Source: Octopus vulgaris
Lineage: Eukaryota
NCBI GenBank assembly: GCA_951406725.2
Contig: OX597819.1
Span: 69,192,001 to 69,256,000 of the forward strand
DNA: 64,000 nucleotides
Reading direction: 5' to 3'
Shown here: positions 27,431 to 42,218 of the stretch, piece after piece
Numbering within the stretch: the stretch's first letter is position 1
Layout: every line of letters begins with the position of its first letter
The notes under the pieces: model-generated
What the model was told of the DNA's origin: nothing
The model's database searches: none
Seen by the model: the letters and a program-made list of their open reading frames with translations, nothing else
Translations under genes and position numbers: made by a program

Positions 27431-29262
27431 ATTTATATAATGCGAAAAGTTTGTTTGTTTGTCTGCTTTTGGCATTGAGAACGGGTTAAAGGCCACTAGA
27501 TCCCGTCGGATTGACTCCAAAATTTACAGGGACATGTAAAATGAGGTGAGGATGCGAGTGGGCTAGGTTAGAAATCCCTATCCTAAAAGGTGCCGTTGAT
27601 AGGGCCAAAAACGCACTTTGACAAGTCTACTCTCATTCGTTTATGTATCTGTCTTTCTCCGTCACTCTCTCTCTTTCTTCCCTTCCCATCACGTTCTCTT
27701 TATAACGACGTTTCACAGCGTTCTATATCTCCCCCTCCCCGCCTTCGACAGCGCTTTCACACTCTCTCTCTCTACGTCTGTCTACATTCATAAACGAATT
27801 ATCATCGCCACCACCACCACACAAACATGAGAACAAATATTCTGAATCAGATATTTATTGGGTTAATTTATATGTGTGTGTGTGTGTGTGTGTTCTATAT
27901 ATAAATATGTAAATACAATGCATATATACAAAGTGTATATATCTGTATTTATGTATATTAAACTTTTTAATACATTTTGATAGTTATATATATTTTCTTA
28001 AAAATTATAAGTATAAATTAATAATTTTAATTTTGAATTTAAATAACTTAAATTTTTAAGTGTTATATTTTATATATTTTGTATATTATATTTTTATTTT
28101 TATGTTTTGGTTTATGTTTTTCACTGTTAGATTTGCCTAATAGTGGTTTTATCTCTAATTTAATTTATATATATATATCTCATCTTCTAAAATGTGACCC
28201 GAGTAGACCCGAATGAAATCGGGTTATATTAACCAAAATGTGAAAAGAGGTCTTAATGGGGCTTGAAGGGGATTAAAATTTACAGGAGCGGGTGTTTGGG
28301 AATTCTCTGTTACGTGAAGCTAAAAAAATTGCGCCAGCCTTTAAATCGTCAATGTGTTGCCGTCCATGATGAAGAAGTTTTGAATGCTTGCCATGGTGAG
28401 TCTACTGTCGTGAGAAAGAATCACTTCAAAGCTTGGTGTTTAGGAATTTTCTTTTACATCAAGTCCAAAATTTTACGCCAGCCGTTAAACTGCCACTATG
28501 TTACTGTCCGTCGTTAAGAAATGCCAGCCATGGTGACTCTTCTATCCTCATATTCTATCCTTTCAAACTTTGGTTTCCAATATGTTTTTATTTTTATTCA
28601 GCTCGCGAGTTCGTCTGTCCCTTTTAAATGTTAGTGTTTTGCTTTCTGCCGTGAAGCAGACCTTTCCGTTGTCACCGCTTGATATTTATGATTGATCTTT
28701 GAAACTACTTTCTTTCTCAACTTACTCAAGATCTTTTGTTGTTTATAAATGGGGGAGAGATAGATAGAGAAAGATAGAGAGTACGAGAAAGCGAGGGCGA
28801 GTCCGAGAGAAAGGAAGAGTAAGAGAGTGGGAAAGGGAGAGAGAAAGGAGAGAGAAACAAAGAGGGAGAATCATCATCATCATCATCATCATCGTTTAAC
28901 GTCCGTTTTCCATGCTAGCGCGGGTTGGACGGTTTGACCGGGGTCTGGGAAGCCAGGAGGCTGCACCAGGCTCCAGTCTGATCTGGCAGTGTTTCTACAG
29001 CTGGATGCCCTTCCTAACGCCAACCACTCCGTGATTGTAGTGGTTGCGTTTTTCGTGCCACCGGCACAGATACCACGGGGGGGAGGGGCGCTGGCAGCGG
29101 TCATAATCGGTTGGTGCTTTTTACGTGCCACCGGCACAGAAGCCAGTCAAGGCGACGCTGCCATCGGCCACGTTCGGATGGTGCTTTTTACGTGCCGAAA
29201 GGAAGCAACAGAAAAGAACAACCACACTCTTACCTGCGCGTAGAGCGGGTCACCTTAAGCTA

Positions 29263-29263
<1 letters not shown>
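27431..29263 (+). mobile_element. Probable non-autonomous Helitron, interrupted by a SINE
   Basis: 5' tatataatgcgaaaagtttgtttgtttgtct resembles Helitron-derived element starts. 3' end is hairpin cctgcgcgtagagcggg plus CTAG. Pairing the two ends is inferred. Confidence 0.5.
28870..29200 (-). mobile_element. SINE-like retroposon with (GAT)n tail, probably RTE-mobilised
   Basis: Minus strand reads ggttggcgttaggaagggcatccagc...catggaaaacggacgttaaacgatgatgatgat. Confidence 0.7.
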
Positions 29264-29294
<31 letters not shown>

Positions 29295-29324
29295 TAGCTT
29301 AAGGTGACCCGCTCTACGCGCGGG

Positions 29325-29355
<31 letters not shown>

Positions 29356-29410
29356 GTATATAGAGTTACACAGACTCAATACATATAAGATATCTATATA
29401 TGCGTGTGTA

Positions 29411-29451
<41 letters not shown>

Positions 29452-29699
29452 TTGTGTATATAGAGATAAACACATTTACAAACATATAATATATATGTAT
29501 CGGGATTGCACACATATGGCTGCAGTCCAATAACTGAAACAAGTAAATGATGGCAGATAAATGGCTATTTATGTATGCTTTCCTTATTTTCCTTATTTTA
29601 CTGCATGAACTCTTTAAGAATCTTAAAATTCTATCAGATATTTTTGATGCTTAATCACACTTTAAGATCAGCCTAGAGATTGGGATATATTCATATCCT

Positions 29700-31250
29700 A
29701 TTAACTATGTCGTTTCGTATGTTAATATTACTTAACCCTTATTGGTGTCGAGATCATTCTTTGCTTATCTGATGTAAATGTGTAATAGTATATATGGCTT
29801 TTGAGTACATCTGAATTAGTCACCTTTACACGGTTCACCTTAGCTCTTCATAGTTGTGAAACACAAAATCCACAATAAAATGGGTGTTATATTTTATTTT
29901 GTGTTGTTTCTGTTTTTGTGGTGGTGTGGTGTCATTTTTTAATTTTTGTTTATGTCTGAACTTGGTATGTTTGGGTTTTTTCTAAAGAATAAAGTGTAGA
30001 TTTTAATCCAGGGTAAACCATACGACGTCTCAACTGGCAACATGCATACAGTAAACAAATTTATTCGATCCTCTCCTTGAGACAAATTCTTTATTGTAGA
30101 AGTCACAATTTTATATCTACATTTTCTTTTACATATAAAACTCAATTGAATATAACATCCACAAAATTGAAAACTCAGTAGGGGATTTGGCATCTATAAC
30201 GACTGAGACGCACTCTATTAACTACAGTAAAAAATTATTTAGAAAAGTGTCCCCATGTCGTAGAATTAACGAATTAAGACAAGTTTTAATTTACTCATAT
30301 ATATTCAAGCATATATATGGCTGCAAAACTTAGTCATGTTTTAATGGTGTATATGAAGTTACTTGAACATACTGGGGTTTTTTATTTGGGCACCGTAACC
30401 CGTTTTTTTAATGTAATATACTAGTGACAATAGATACGTCTACATTCAATGAAAATCTCTATGGTCACACCATCTTAGCCCACAATGAGCCTATTCCATG
30501 CAACCTCTCTAAAAATTATTCCTATTCCTGCATACACTCTTCTAATGTTGTTTTTAATTAAAAACTGAGATTTTACAAGAATATAAATAAATATCTTCAG
30601 TAACCATTAGGTTATACATGTAAGTATGACATTTTCTTTTTATTATTGAGAGTAATGCATTCATATATCTGCTTACTTCATGTTAATTTCAGAATTTTCT
30701 ATACGGAAGAAATCATATTTTTATGTCATAATTTTGTATGTCACCAGTTTCTATCATTTTTTGGAGTGTATGACTGATTTTCATTCTGGAATTTGATATC
30801 ATTTTCTTTTAAATCATAGTCTAGAGATTATGGATGTTTTATGCAGAGCTTCTGGATTTTGACTATCCATGCGGTTTTTCTAATGCTACTCTGTCACACT
30901 AATGGCCTCATCTATAATAAATGCACAGCTTTTTCTTTTTATTTTGCGATATAACATAGATTAGTGTTGGTTTTGTTCCGCAGATAGTTTCATTTATTTT
31001 ATAGCTTTCTGCTTATTTTTCTATTTCCATATTTATTTCCAAACATCTTGCACTTCGTCTTTGTCAAAACTTTTTCTACATTTATGGGCTTGTCTTCCTT
31101 ATACTTCCATGTAAATGGGTTTTGCTTATCTACTCAAAACACCTTCCGTGCTTTTCTATTTTTTTCTCAGACTTACGCAATCGCCACAACTGTGGTGTTA
31201 CCAGTTCAGATTTTTCTTATTGTTTTAGTATCTCTGGTAGATTACCCATC
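29700..31250 (-). pseudogene. Possible highly decayed R4/Dong LINE RT region
   Basis: Scattered broken similarity to the WxxIW, QGDxLS and HLLYMDD regions in the expected order. Not verifiable by eye. Confidence 0.3.
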
Positions 31251-31969
31251 CCTAATTTTAAATATTTCAGTATTCAATAAAGCATTGTGTTTTTTTCTTA
31301 GCTGATATATGTAAGTTTGCGCTTTAAAAAAAATCTTATATAATAATGTTTTATTGCTGTAATTTTTATATTTCCGCTGATTTTCTTGAGAACACTACGC
31401 TTCCAAGAAGGTCCCTTTGACATATGGCAAAAGTGATGTGCTTATTCTGTAATATTTTATAGTGTGTGTGTGTACGTGCGAGCGAACTGATGTGTTTGTA
31501 TGCTTGCGTGTTTGTCGTAATTTGATTTATATGTATCGCATTGCATTGCATTATTGCTTACCTTCAATAGTTGTCTTCTTTTAACACATCTGAAATGGCA
31601 GAATCGTTACATCGCAGAACTACAAAATGCTTTGTAATATTTTCTACAACACACTGCGCTTTCAGATCAAATCTCACTGAGGGCATTTTTCTCTTTCATT
31701 CTCTCGGGGACTCATAAAAATTACCGGCCATTTACTCGGTGGTTTTGTGGGACATTTAAAGCACCGCACAGCATGTGTGCGATATTTCTTACGGCCGTTC
31801 ACATTTCCATATCCTGGGAAGTAAACCGAAAACCGATTAGCACCACTACCTGACATCTTTGGTTGGAAGTAATAACATCACATTTAACATAACACCACAT
31901 CACACCAGTTTCAGTGGTTTTTGAACAAAATTGCTGTGCTCACTACAAAATGGAGATAAATTATTCCTT

Positions 31970-32489
<520 letters not shown>

Positions 32490-32792
32490 AAATTATTCCT
32501 TTTCAAATGATTCCTGGATCCACCAGATCTTATCAAACGAAGATGTTAAAGAAGCAAACTTTTATTTCTGTTTTTTTTTGTTGTTAATATCTAATTTGTG
32601 ATGCTTAATTGCTAAATACCTTCACTGTTACTTATGTATACCAGTTACTTCATATAATCTTAACCGATAGTATTAATTCGGGGTAAGGGTGAGAGCTAAC
32701 ATATTCGTTAGCACGCCGGCCAAAATGCTTAGCATACATACATACATGATACATACATACATAAATACATACATACATACATATATACATAC

Positions 32793-33157
32793 ATGGTCCT
32801 CTGTGGATCACATCCCTACTTCTCAACATAGTCACCGTCTCTCAATAGCAATGTCCCACCTTCGAATGAGAGCATGTATCCCTGCCCCGTAAAATTCAGT
32901 TGACTGTTCTTTGAGCCACTTCTTCACTATAGTTTTCTCTTCCTTGTCACTGGAATAATGTTTGCCTCTCAAACCCTGTTTCATGGGGCTGAAAAGATGA
33001 TAAGCTGGAGGCGCTATTGACAGAAACGGTGACTATGTTGAGGGGTAGGAATGTGATCCACAGAGGACCAGCTTCATTTTGATGTGTGATACATGTTCCT
33101 GTGTTGGTAATTATACCTGTCCTAAACAAAATGGCATTACTTTTTGACTCAACCTCG

Positions 33158-33160
<3 letters not shown>
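32793..33160. mobile_element. Rearranged mariner 3' end with inverted duplication
   Basis: Minus strand translates YHLFSPMKQGLRGKHYSSD..VKKWLKEQSTEFYGAGIHALIRRWDIAIE. 32793-32850 is inverted at 33012-33070. TIR-like end ...actttttgactcaacctcg-TA. Confidence 0.75.
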
Positions 33161-33191
<31 letters not shown>

Positions 33192-34594
33192 TGTATGTAT
33201 GTATGTATGTATGTATGTATGTATGTATGTATGTGCGTTTGTATGTATGTATGTATGTCTGTATATTTATTGTGCTAGTATAATATGCTATTCTGAAATT
33301 TATCTTTTAGTTGCGTTCTGTTGTAAGATGTTTTCTGCTGTGTACATTATCTTCTAATCAGAATTCTCTTTTCTTGTTTTTTTTTTTGGTTTTCGCATTC
33401 ATTTTTATTCGGTTGTTTTTGAAAATACACATTTTTGCAATTGAAAATTCTATTCCCTTAATTTCTGAATAGCTACAGCGATTCTTCTCTTCTCACATTA
33501 GGAAGTTCAATTGTCTTATGTTGCGTGACAGCATTTAATTTAAGTGTAAAACAGTAGTTTTTATAGCTTCTATGGACTCAGTTTGCTCTCATCCATTTCT
33601 ATACCGCATATTTGTTCCAATTGTTCATTTTGCTTTGACAGCAAACTAGTTGTTTCTGCCTGGCTGTGTGCGTGCGTGTGCATGTATGTTTGAGGGTGAG
33701 TTTATATGGTAATATAACCTTACCTTGTTTATTTCTAGATTGAACACTTTTTTAATTACTTTATGAAGCAATCTAATCCAGAAAAATTAATAAAAATGAA
33801 ATTAATTATATCTAGAACGCAGTTACTTAACTGTATTCCTACGTTCATCCCTTATAAATTATACACTGTACATTCCTCCTCCGTCGTCACTTCAAGATAA
33901 TATAAGAAAAAAAAACACAATCTTGTATGCAACGTAGTATTAATAACTGATATTAATAACCTTATTTTAAATTAACATTAGATTCCTTAAACCAGTATTA
34001 AATGAAATAAAACTAGCAAAAATGGGTAAATTGATAAATTATTGTTCAACCCTAAAATTATTTTCCTTACTATAATCAAATACCCTCATGGAGATTTTGA
34101 AATGTTCCCACAGGGTGGATATTTCTCCCGGATATCAATATTTCCTGTATATTTCCAGATCAAAATTTGCTAATTCGATGTTTAGAGACGATCACAGATA
34201 TTTCATCTGCTTGATCGTTATAACATTCACAGCAGTGTAATACAGTGTTATTGTTTTCATTGAATAAGCGAATAAACACTAGGGATCCTTTACCCGTGAT
34301 ACTATTCGTTATGTCATTACTGATAATCTTTACAGCGGTAATCTTCCAACGCTTGCCTTTACTTAGGATACAACATGTACGTATAATAAAATCGTTGCTC
34401 GTTAATATAACTTCCATATATTTTCCCTTTAGAAATTGTCTTATGTTTTTGCTAGTTAGCCACACACACACACACCATATACTTGGTTTTCATTTCAGCT
34501 GAATTATGACGGGTCATTGAAATAGTGACAGGTTGTGTGTCGAAAGGTTCAGTCAATGGAAACTAAATTCAGAATAATAATAATAGTAATAATA

Positions 34595-35592
<998 letters not shown>

Positions 35593-35611
35593 AAGAAAGA
35601 AGGAAAAAAAC

Positions 35612-35731
<120 letters not shown>

Positions 35732-37189
35732 TTAAGTGAAAACTAAATGTATAGTGCGTGTGCTTAATTAGGGAATATATTGCCATCCCTAAACATAGCA
35801 ATGTTTGTTTTAACACACGATTCCACATCAGGAATCTTGCAAACAAATACATAAGCGTATTCCTTGCTTTATTTATTATCCCTGGTGTTTTTATTTTCGT
35901 TCTTATTTCGCCCAAGTCCAGCCTTAATCCAGCTCAACTACAAAGGTGAAAAGATTATCTTTTGTGTTTCAATACATCTAGGGTCATACATAATATTTTA
36001 TATGTTTTTCTAATTTAAAGTCAGTATTCTGTTGCCATTCGCTTATAAACTCTATTTTGAGTCTGATTGTTGTGTATTATTCTTGGTTATTGATCAGGAA
36101 TACATTGAAAATGCAGGTACCACTTCACTAAACATTTTATCGTTACAGTTATTGCTTAATATCGTCGACCATTTGCTGTCAAACATTTTCATCCTTGAAA
36201 AATCAGATTCCTCTTCTCTATAATTATATACCAGGTCAATTTCGGGGATTTACTCTGATGTAAGTAGAAAGCAACCAGAAATGACGATATTGATATTTTA
36301 TTTGTTGATTATACAGCCTATTAGTGCAGCTAGGTTCTTGCTTGATTATTTTAATATAGTAATGTGTGTGTTTGTGTGTGTGTGTGCTGATCTTCGGTAA
36401 AATCAGATCTCTCATTCATGCACTTAGTTCAGAGGTTTAGTGCCATTGTTGGCTTTTATATTGGCACACTGCATCTCTGACAATCTGACCGGATACTGGT
36501 CATAAATAGGTTTGTCTACACATTTTACATTTCTTTAATGTTTTTTTTCCCAAGATCTTTATTGATTTTTATCTTTCGATTTTTTTTTTTACCTTTTATG
36601 TTGCATTGTTCTTATCGAACAATTTTTCCTCGCTATAATGAGTTTCTATTTTGAACTTTCGGTAATTTATTGTTTCTTGTGACAGAGAACATTTTATTCT
36701 TTTATTTTATATATATATATTTTTTTTTATATCAGATCGTTCCTAAGTTCTGTTTTTTTTTTCTTGCAAAGCACGCCGAGGTTGCAATGTAATAAAATAT
36801 TTATTTTGCATCGAACTTCTCGTTTCTTTCATGTTGTACTTTAACGCCAGGTCAGTTGTTTTCAGCTAACTAGAATGAAAGGCGTTTCAGTCATGACTAT
36901 TTTGGTTATTTCTACATCTCGAATCACATTGTCTACTGTGCCCTTCCTTTGTTAAGTCAGAACGTTGTGGTTGAAGATATTTTTAGCTGTTATTCTTAGT
37001 GATTTTTTTTTCTTTTGAGAGAGAGAGTAGAAAATAATTTCCGCTTGCTTCCATAATTTTTCTTAAGAAAGATCCAGCCTACCTCAACATGCATTTTTTA
37101 ATTACATTTCTAATGTTGTAATGTCTATGTTATTTAGTCTGTACTGTAATTTATTACTTGGACTACTGATAGCTAATGTCAGTAGTACT

Positions 37190-37745
37190 TTATCCAATAT
37201 CTCTTCAAAAAAGTATTAGATAAGGCAAACCCCTACAATAGCAATGTTTTAGTTGACAGTGACTTCAAAGATAAGATATTTTGCAAATTCTTCAATTAAG
37301 AATATGCAACCTAAAAATACATCTTAAAAGAGACTTAGGAAAATAATATGGTTCCGTACCCTCCCTAAATGTTGACATTAACGTAAGCAAAATATTCCTG
37401 GATCTTTTAGCTAAGTAGTTGCCAGTATACCATAAATACAGAAAGATTAAGAAAGGTTATTCTAAGCGCTTGATGAAAACAGCGTACATCTGCTGCCCCA
37501 CTATGAAGGAAATTATCACTCGCATGCCTGAGAACGATCCCACTCCTTGTTCTAACTATCGAGAAATTGAACGTTGCCTATTTGACCAAGTGTGTTTGAT
37601 AAACTGTGTCGTCTACGAAATATAAGTCATAGCAACGCTTCAACATGACGTAAATGAAATGAAAAATTACTTCCCTCAATGCGAAGGCAATATAAAAAGG
37701 CGTTATGCAAATCACCAGTCTTATTTTCGGTACAACGACAAAATT
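37190..37745 (+). pseudogene. Penelope-like element linker and GIY-YIG endonuclease remnant
   Basis: IIWF..NVDINVSKIFLDLL..Y.C.P.M..NYR...C.FDQVCL..VVY..V..NYFPQCEGNIKRRYANHQSYFR. Matches the PLE pattern IIWFNPP / CNCR..CPL.G.CL..VVY / YIG.TE..FK.RY.NH..SFR. Confidence 0.7.
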
Positions 37746-38399
37746 GCAGCCAATAAACCTATTCAGGAGCGATAGACATCGATGTTTCGCCGCTTTCGTG
37801 GCTTATCATGACCACGGATCTGCATCGAATTGCGATTCGGAGTGAGTTTTCTCACTTTCTGGTATTTTAACCTCCAGTACTTTGAGGGGCTTATCTCCAC
37901 CACAACATTTTCTAGCTTATCAGGAAACAAGCAGTGCCGGTTTATATATTGAAGATATGTCCCAATGTTGCAAATCCCGGTAAATATTTATCTAGGTGAA
38001 CATACGCCGAGATATTTCTGTATATTAACATATCGATTATAAATATTGTTAATCTTTCAGCTGGAAGAAAAAAGCTCAGCACCAAGACACATTCTCAAAT
38101 CGAGCGAGATTGACATGTTCAAAGAACGTTATCCGTTCACCGGAAACTTTTCACAGCAGCTTGCAAATGTGCTGGCACCGTTCATGTTATCCAGGGTCCA
38201 CATAGTAGATAACCTGCGATTTTTTGAATCTATAACACACAGTGAAGTCTGTTCTTGCCACAAGGATTTCAAACATTCCCTTGCTGGCAAATTTTAATCA
38301 CAAAGAGTTAACGTACCAGAAGGGAAGATACATGGTAGATACAACACACGGGAATAAAGTAATTGCTACGGACTATGTATGAACATGGCTATACGTGCC

Positions 38400-38775
38400 A
38401 AACAGAGCATGAAGTTTAGTCACTAGACTAGGCGGGTATAATAAATTCCGTTGAGTATAAGTCAGAAGTCACAGCATCGTCTCTAGATAAAGTAAATGAA
38501 ATACAAATTACTTCGGTTTATGAAAAGTAATCTTAAGAGACGTTATGCAAACCGGCAATCCACATTCCGGCACATAGAAAATAGTAAAGCCATAGCTTAG
38601 CTAGCCCCGTATGTTATTTGAAGACCACTGCACACCACATAACATCAAAAAGATAATTGTGAAGGAGTCTAGGAAGATATTATAATATGGTTCCTCAATT
38701 CTCATTAAATGTTAATATTAACGTAGGCAAAATATCCATGGATCTGAACACCACATAAATTCAAGAGGATAATCA
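38400..38775 (+). pseudogene. Second Penelope-like GIY-YIG remnant
   Basis: IINSVEYKSEV..NYFGL..SNLKRRYANRQSTFRHIE, then a further IIWF..NVNINVGKI block homologous to 37340-37410. Confidence 0.6.
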
Positions 38776-38836
38776 TGAAGGAATCTAGGAAGATATTGTA
38801 ACGACGTGAGTTTACTTATCAAACAGACAATATAGC

Positions 38837-39250
38837 GCGGCGAGCTGGCAGAAACGTTAGCAAGCCGGGCGAAATGCGTAGCCGTATTTCGTCTGCCCTT
38901 ACGTTCTGAGTTCAAATTCTGCCGAGGTCGACTTTGCCTTTCATCCTTTCGAGGTCGATAAATTAAGTACCAGTTATGCACTGGGGTCGATGTAATCGAC
39001 TTAATCCGTTTGTCTGTCCTTGTTTGTCCTCTCTGTGTTTAGCCCCTTGTGGGTAGTAAAGAAATAGGTATTTCGTCTGCCGTTACGTTGTGAGTTCAAA
39101 TTCCGCCGAGGTCGACTTTGCCTTTCATCCTTTCGGGGCCGATTAAATAAGTACCACTTACGCACTGGGGTCGATGTAATCGACTTAATCCCTTTGTCTG
39201 TTCTTGTTTGTCCCCTCTATGTTTATCCCCCTGTGGGCAATAAAGAAATA
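38837..39250 (+). mobile_element. Young SINE family 1 copy with tandemly duplicated 3' body
   Basis: Segments starting near 38884 and 39068 are near-identical, each ending aaagaaata. Confidence 0.9.
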
Positions 39251-40083
39251 ATTATAGGATTGGTTAAAACAGGATTGTGCCACTAGTATAAATCGCTATG
39301 CAGGAAATCAGGAAAGAAGAATACTTTTACTGTCTTAGTATACAGCGTGATGTTTACTTTATATTCGATGGCATTTAAATTTCATTAAATGTAATTTAAT
39401 TTTAATCGATTGATTAATAATAAATTCATTAATAAATTCCTTGTGTAGGTGGATTTCTGTGTAAAGTGAGTGCCGATTGTATCTTACGTATATATATTAG
39501 TCTGTTGGTGTCAGTGTGTACCTTAGTGTGTATATGTGTTCTTGTGTATATATATGTAAAAGTGCATGTGTGTGTGTGTATGTGCGTGTGTGCTTGTGTG
39601 TTCATGTGTACGATAATGCATGTACATTTACACAATCAATCTCGTTGATTATGTGCATACAGCAAACACACAGACCCTCCGCCACACACACACACAAACA
39701 TACACAATCACATACGTTGATCAATGCATACATACATACATACATATATATATATAAACATATATAAATTATCGTAATATAATAATTAAAAGGAAAAAAT
39801 AGCAATTAGTATAAAATGTGTCAAGGACTTAAACTCGAATATGTGGCTTTGCATGTTTGTGAGAATTTATAAGATTGAAATAAAATAACATAATTGCAGA
39901 AGTTAAATGGTCCAGATGGTGCTGTGTGCATACCAATTACTATGGCTGCTGGATCGAATTATATGCCTATAAAGTAGCATTCAGGATCAATGAGAGTTTC
40001 TGGGAGGACGTAATATCTCGTTTTTGAATATAGCCGGTATGTAATTGTGCATTTGTTCCCGTATATGTGCTGTGCGTATAGGA

Positions 40084-40165
40084 CATTCTGACGAGGGGAG
40101 TGTCAATTTTAAATATATGATATGTCTCATATTAATTGGCGCGTCTCCGAAACGGTCCGTAGATG
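40084..40165 (+). ncRNA. Type I hammerhead with extended stem II
   Basis: CATT-CTGACGA-GGGGAgtgtcaatt...aattggcgcgTCTCC-GAAA-CGGTCCG-TA-GATG. Confidence 0.75.
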
Positions 40166-40511
40166 GACTTCTATGTATCTTTGTAAACTTGTATAATTAT
40201 TATCTTCTATGTAAATTTCTCTAGAATTTTAATTCGTCTTTTATTATGTCATTCTATCCTTTATTTTTTATTTATTATTTTTATTTCTTTTATTGTAACA
40301 AATTTATACTAAATGTTTTAAGCGTAAATTCAAGGTGTTATATGCAAAATTTATATTGTTATATGATATATTTATATATCACTAAATTTTTAAATTTTTA
40401 AACGTCGGGCTTTATAGATATAAATGAATATATGTATGTATTTGATCTTTCTGTGGATTCTGTAATGTTCCTTTAGTTGTTGCTCGCATTGCCTCCCCTC
40501 TCATAAAAAAA

Positions 40512-40552
<41 letters not shown>

Positions 40553-40555
<3 letters not shown>

Positions 40556-40760
40556 GGATAAAAATGGACAAGAGAAAAAAACAGCAACGCGTGGACATGG
40601 TACATGCAAAGTATTAATAAGACGCTTAGGGAAGGAAAGAAAGGGTGTTTTGCGTTTCGAGCAAAGCTCTTCTTCAGAAAGAGCAGACAGAGAAAAGGCC
40701 AAGAGAAAAGGAAGACTGAGGAAAAAGGTCGCCAACACTCCACATGCGGTTACATATTTA
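40553..40760 (-). mobile_element. Family D hammerhead element abutting (TA)n
   Basis: Reverse complement at 40648-40680 reads TTT-CTGAAGA-A-GAGC-ttt-GCTC-GAAA-CG-CA-AAA. The cleavage triplet is mutated. Confidence 0.7.
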
Positions 40761-41139
40761 ATAATACGTCCACCGAAACAACCCCACTTCTGATTCTGGT
40801 TTAAAGAAATATGGCTCATGTCATGCGCTAAAAAAATTCAATGGGTTTTAAGAAATATCAAAACTTAAAATTTTATACATATAAACATTTTGTCCTGCAA
40901 GAGCAGTACTGAAGCCGTTAAACTATCAAAGGTGTAATTAAGCTATTCATGCTAGCCTGGTTGCAACACGCAGTGCAACTGAAGGGAACACCTGTATGAT
41001 ATTTGTCGCGCCAAGCAGTATATTTACATTATTTAAATACATGAGCATATGTTCAACTCATGGGGACAGGATAATTGAGATAGTGATTAGTTACATACAC
41101 ACACCTGCCTATAACTATCTGTCTGTCTGTCTGTTTGTA

Positions 41140-41261
41140 ATTTATCTGTAAATGTAATATGTGACAATTATTCGGTAACCATGATAAAACTCCGGCATCC
41201 GAAACTCGGAGTTTTATCATGGTTACCGAATAATTGTCACATATTATTTTTACAGATAAAT
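41140..41261. repeat. Near-perfect ~55-bp-arm inverted repeat
   Basis: tttatctgtaaa..taatatgtgacaattattcggtaaccatgataaaactccg, a 12-nt loop, then its reverse complement. Confidence 0.9.
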
Positions 41262-41696
41262 TCCTCTACTAACATAATAACATAATATCAAGGTATCTTT
41301 CTTATATATATATATATATATATACACATACACATATATAATGGGCCTCTCTGAACACACTTATAGAGCGATCTTACAAATATAAGCACTGGTAGAAACA
41401 TACCTTTAGCTCATGTATGTGATTTTTACCAGTCATTATAGTTTGAACAATTAGTTCAACTTGCACTTTACTTCAATAGAGAAATTTACTTCCAAGACTT
41501 TGAATATTTTTTCAACCAATATATCCCTCTTTATTTGGTCTCTACTTATTATTTCTTAACCCCTTCTCTTCCTAGGGTCTGCATTTGACGTCGAAACTAC
41601 TAACGTTTTTTTTTTTGTGTAAATATTTAATAGCGTTCTGTTTATCATTTATCATCAAAATTATTATAATGTTTTTTTTTTAGATAGGTTCTCTTT

Positions 41697-41779
41697 CTTT
41701 CCTGGTGAGAAGATTGCATTTTACACCGTTTATTCCTTTGGAATAAAACGAATGTTGTCTTCGAAACATATGTCGAAAG
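41697..41779 (+). ncRNA. Type I hammerhead with long stem II
   Basis: CTTTC-CTGGTGA-GAAGAT...GTCTTC-GAAA-CATATG-TC-GAAAG. GUC cleavage triplet. A6>G in this copy. Confidence 0.75.
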
Positions 41780-41852
41780 TAAAGGAATTTGAATAAAATG
41801 TGCGATTGTTGGAACACACACGGGCGCTCATTCATATATATATATACATATA

Positions 41853-41899
<47 letters not shown>

Positions 41900-41904
41900 G
41901 TATG

Positions 41905-41940
<36 letters not shown>

Positions 41941-42086
41941 TATAAACGATTTTTGGAGCATACACGGGCGCACATTCATATGTATGTATATGTGTGTGCA
42001 CGTGTGCATGAAAAAAATATATTTTATATAATAATTATAAATAAGAGCAAAAGAAAAGTATTTTCTATGCCGATATGCTGCAAAAT

Positions 42087-42170
42087 CGACTTTTGATCGC
42101 CTAACCACATACAATATTTTTCACGAAAAAGGAAAAATATTGTATGTGTTAAGACGATCTAAAGTCATTT
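42087..42170. repeat. Imperfect inverted repeat adjoining (TA)n
   Basis: gacttttgatcgcctaaccacatacaatattttt pairs with aaaaatattgtatgtgttaagacgatctaaagtc. Confidence 0.75.
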
Positions 42171-42174
42171 TTTC

Positions 42175-42218
<44 letters not shown>

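Noticed and set aside
38046-38297. 83-aa ORF after a tttcag acceptor-like site, a possible host exon
   Set aside because: No recognisable homology and no supporting neighbouring exons. Needs RNA-seq.
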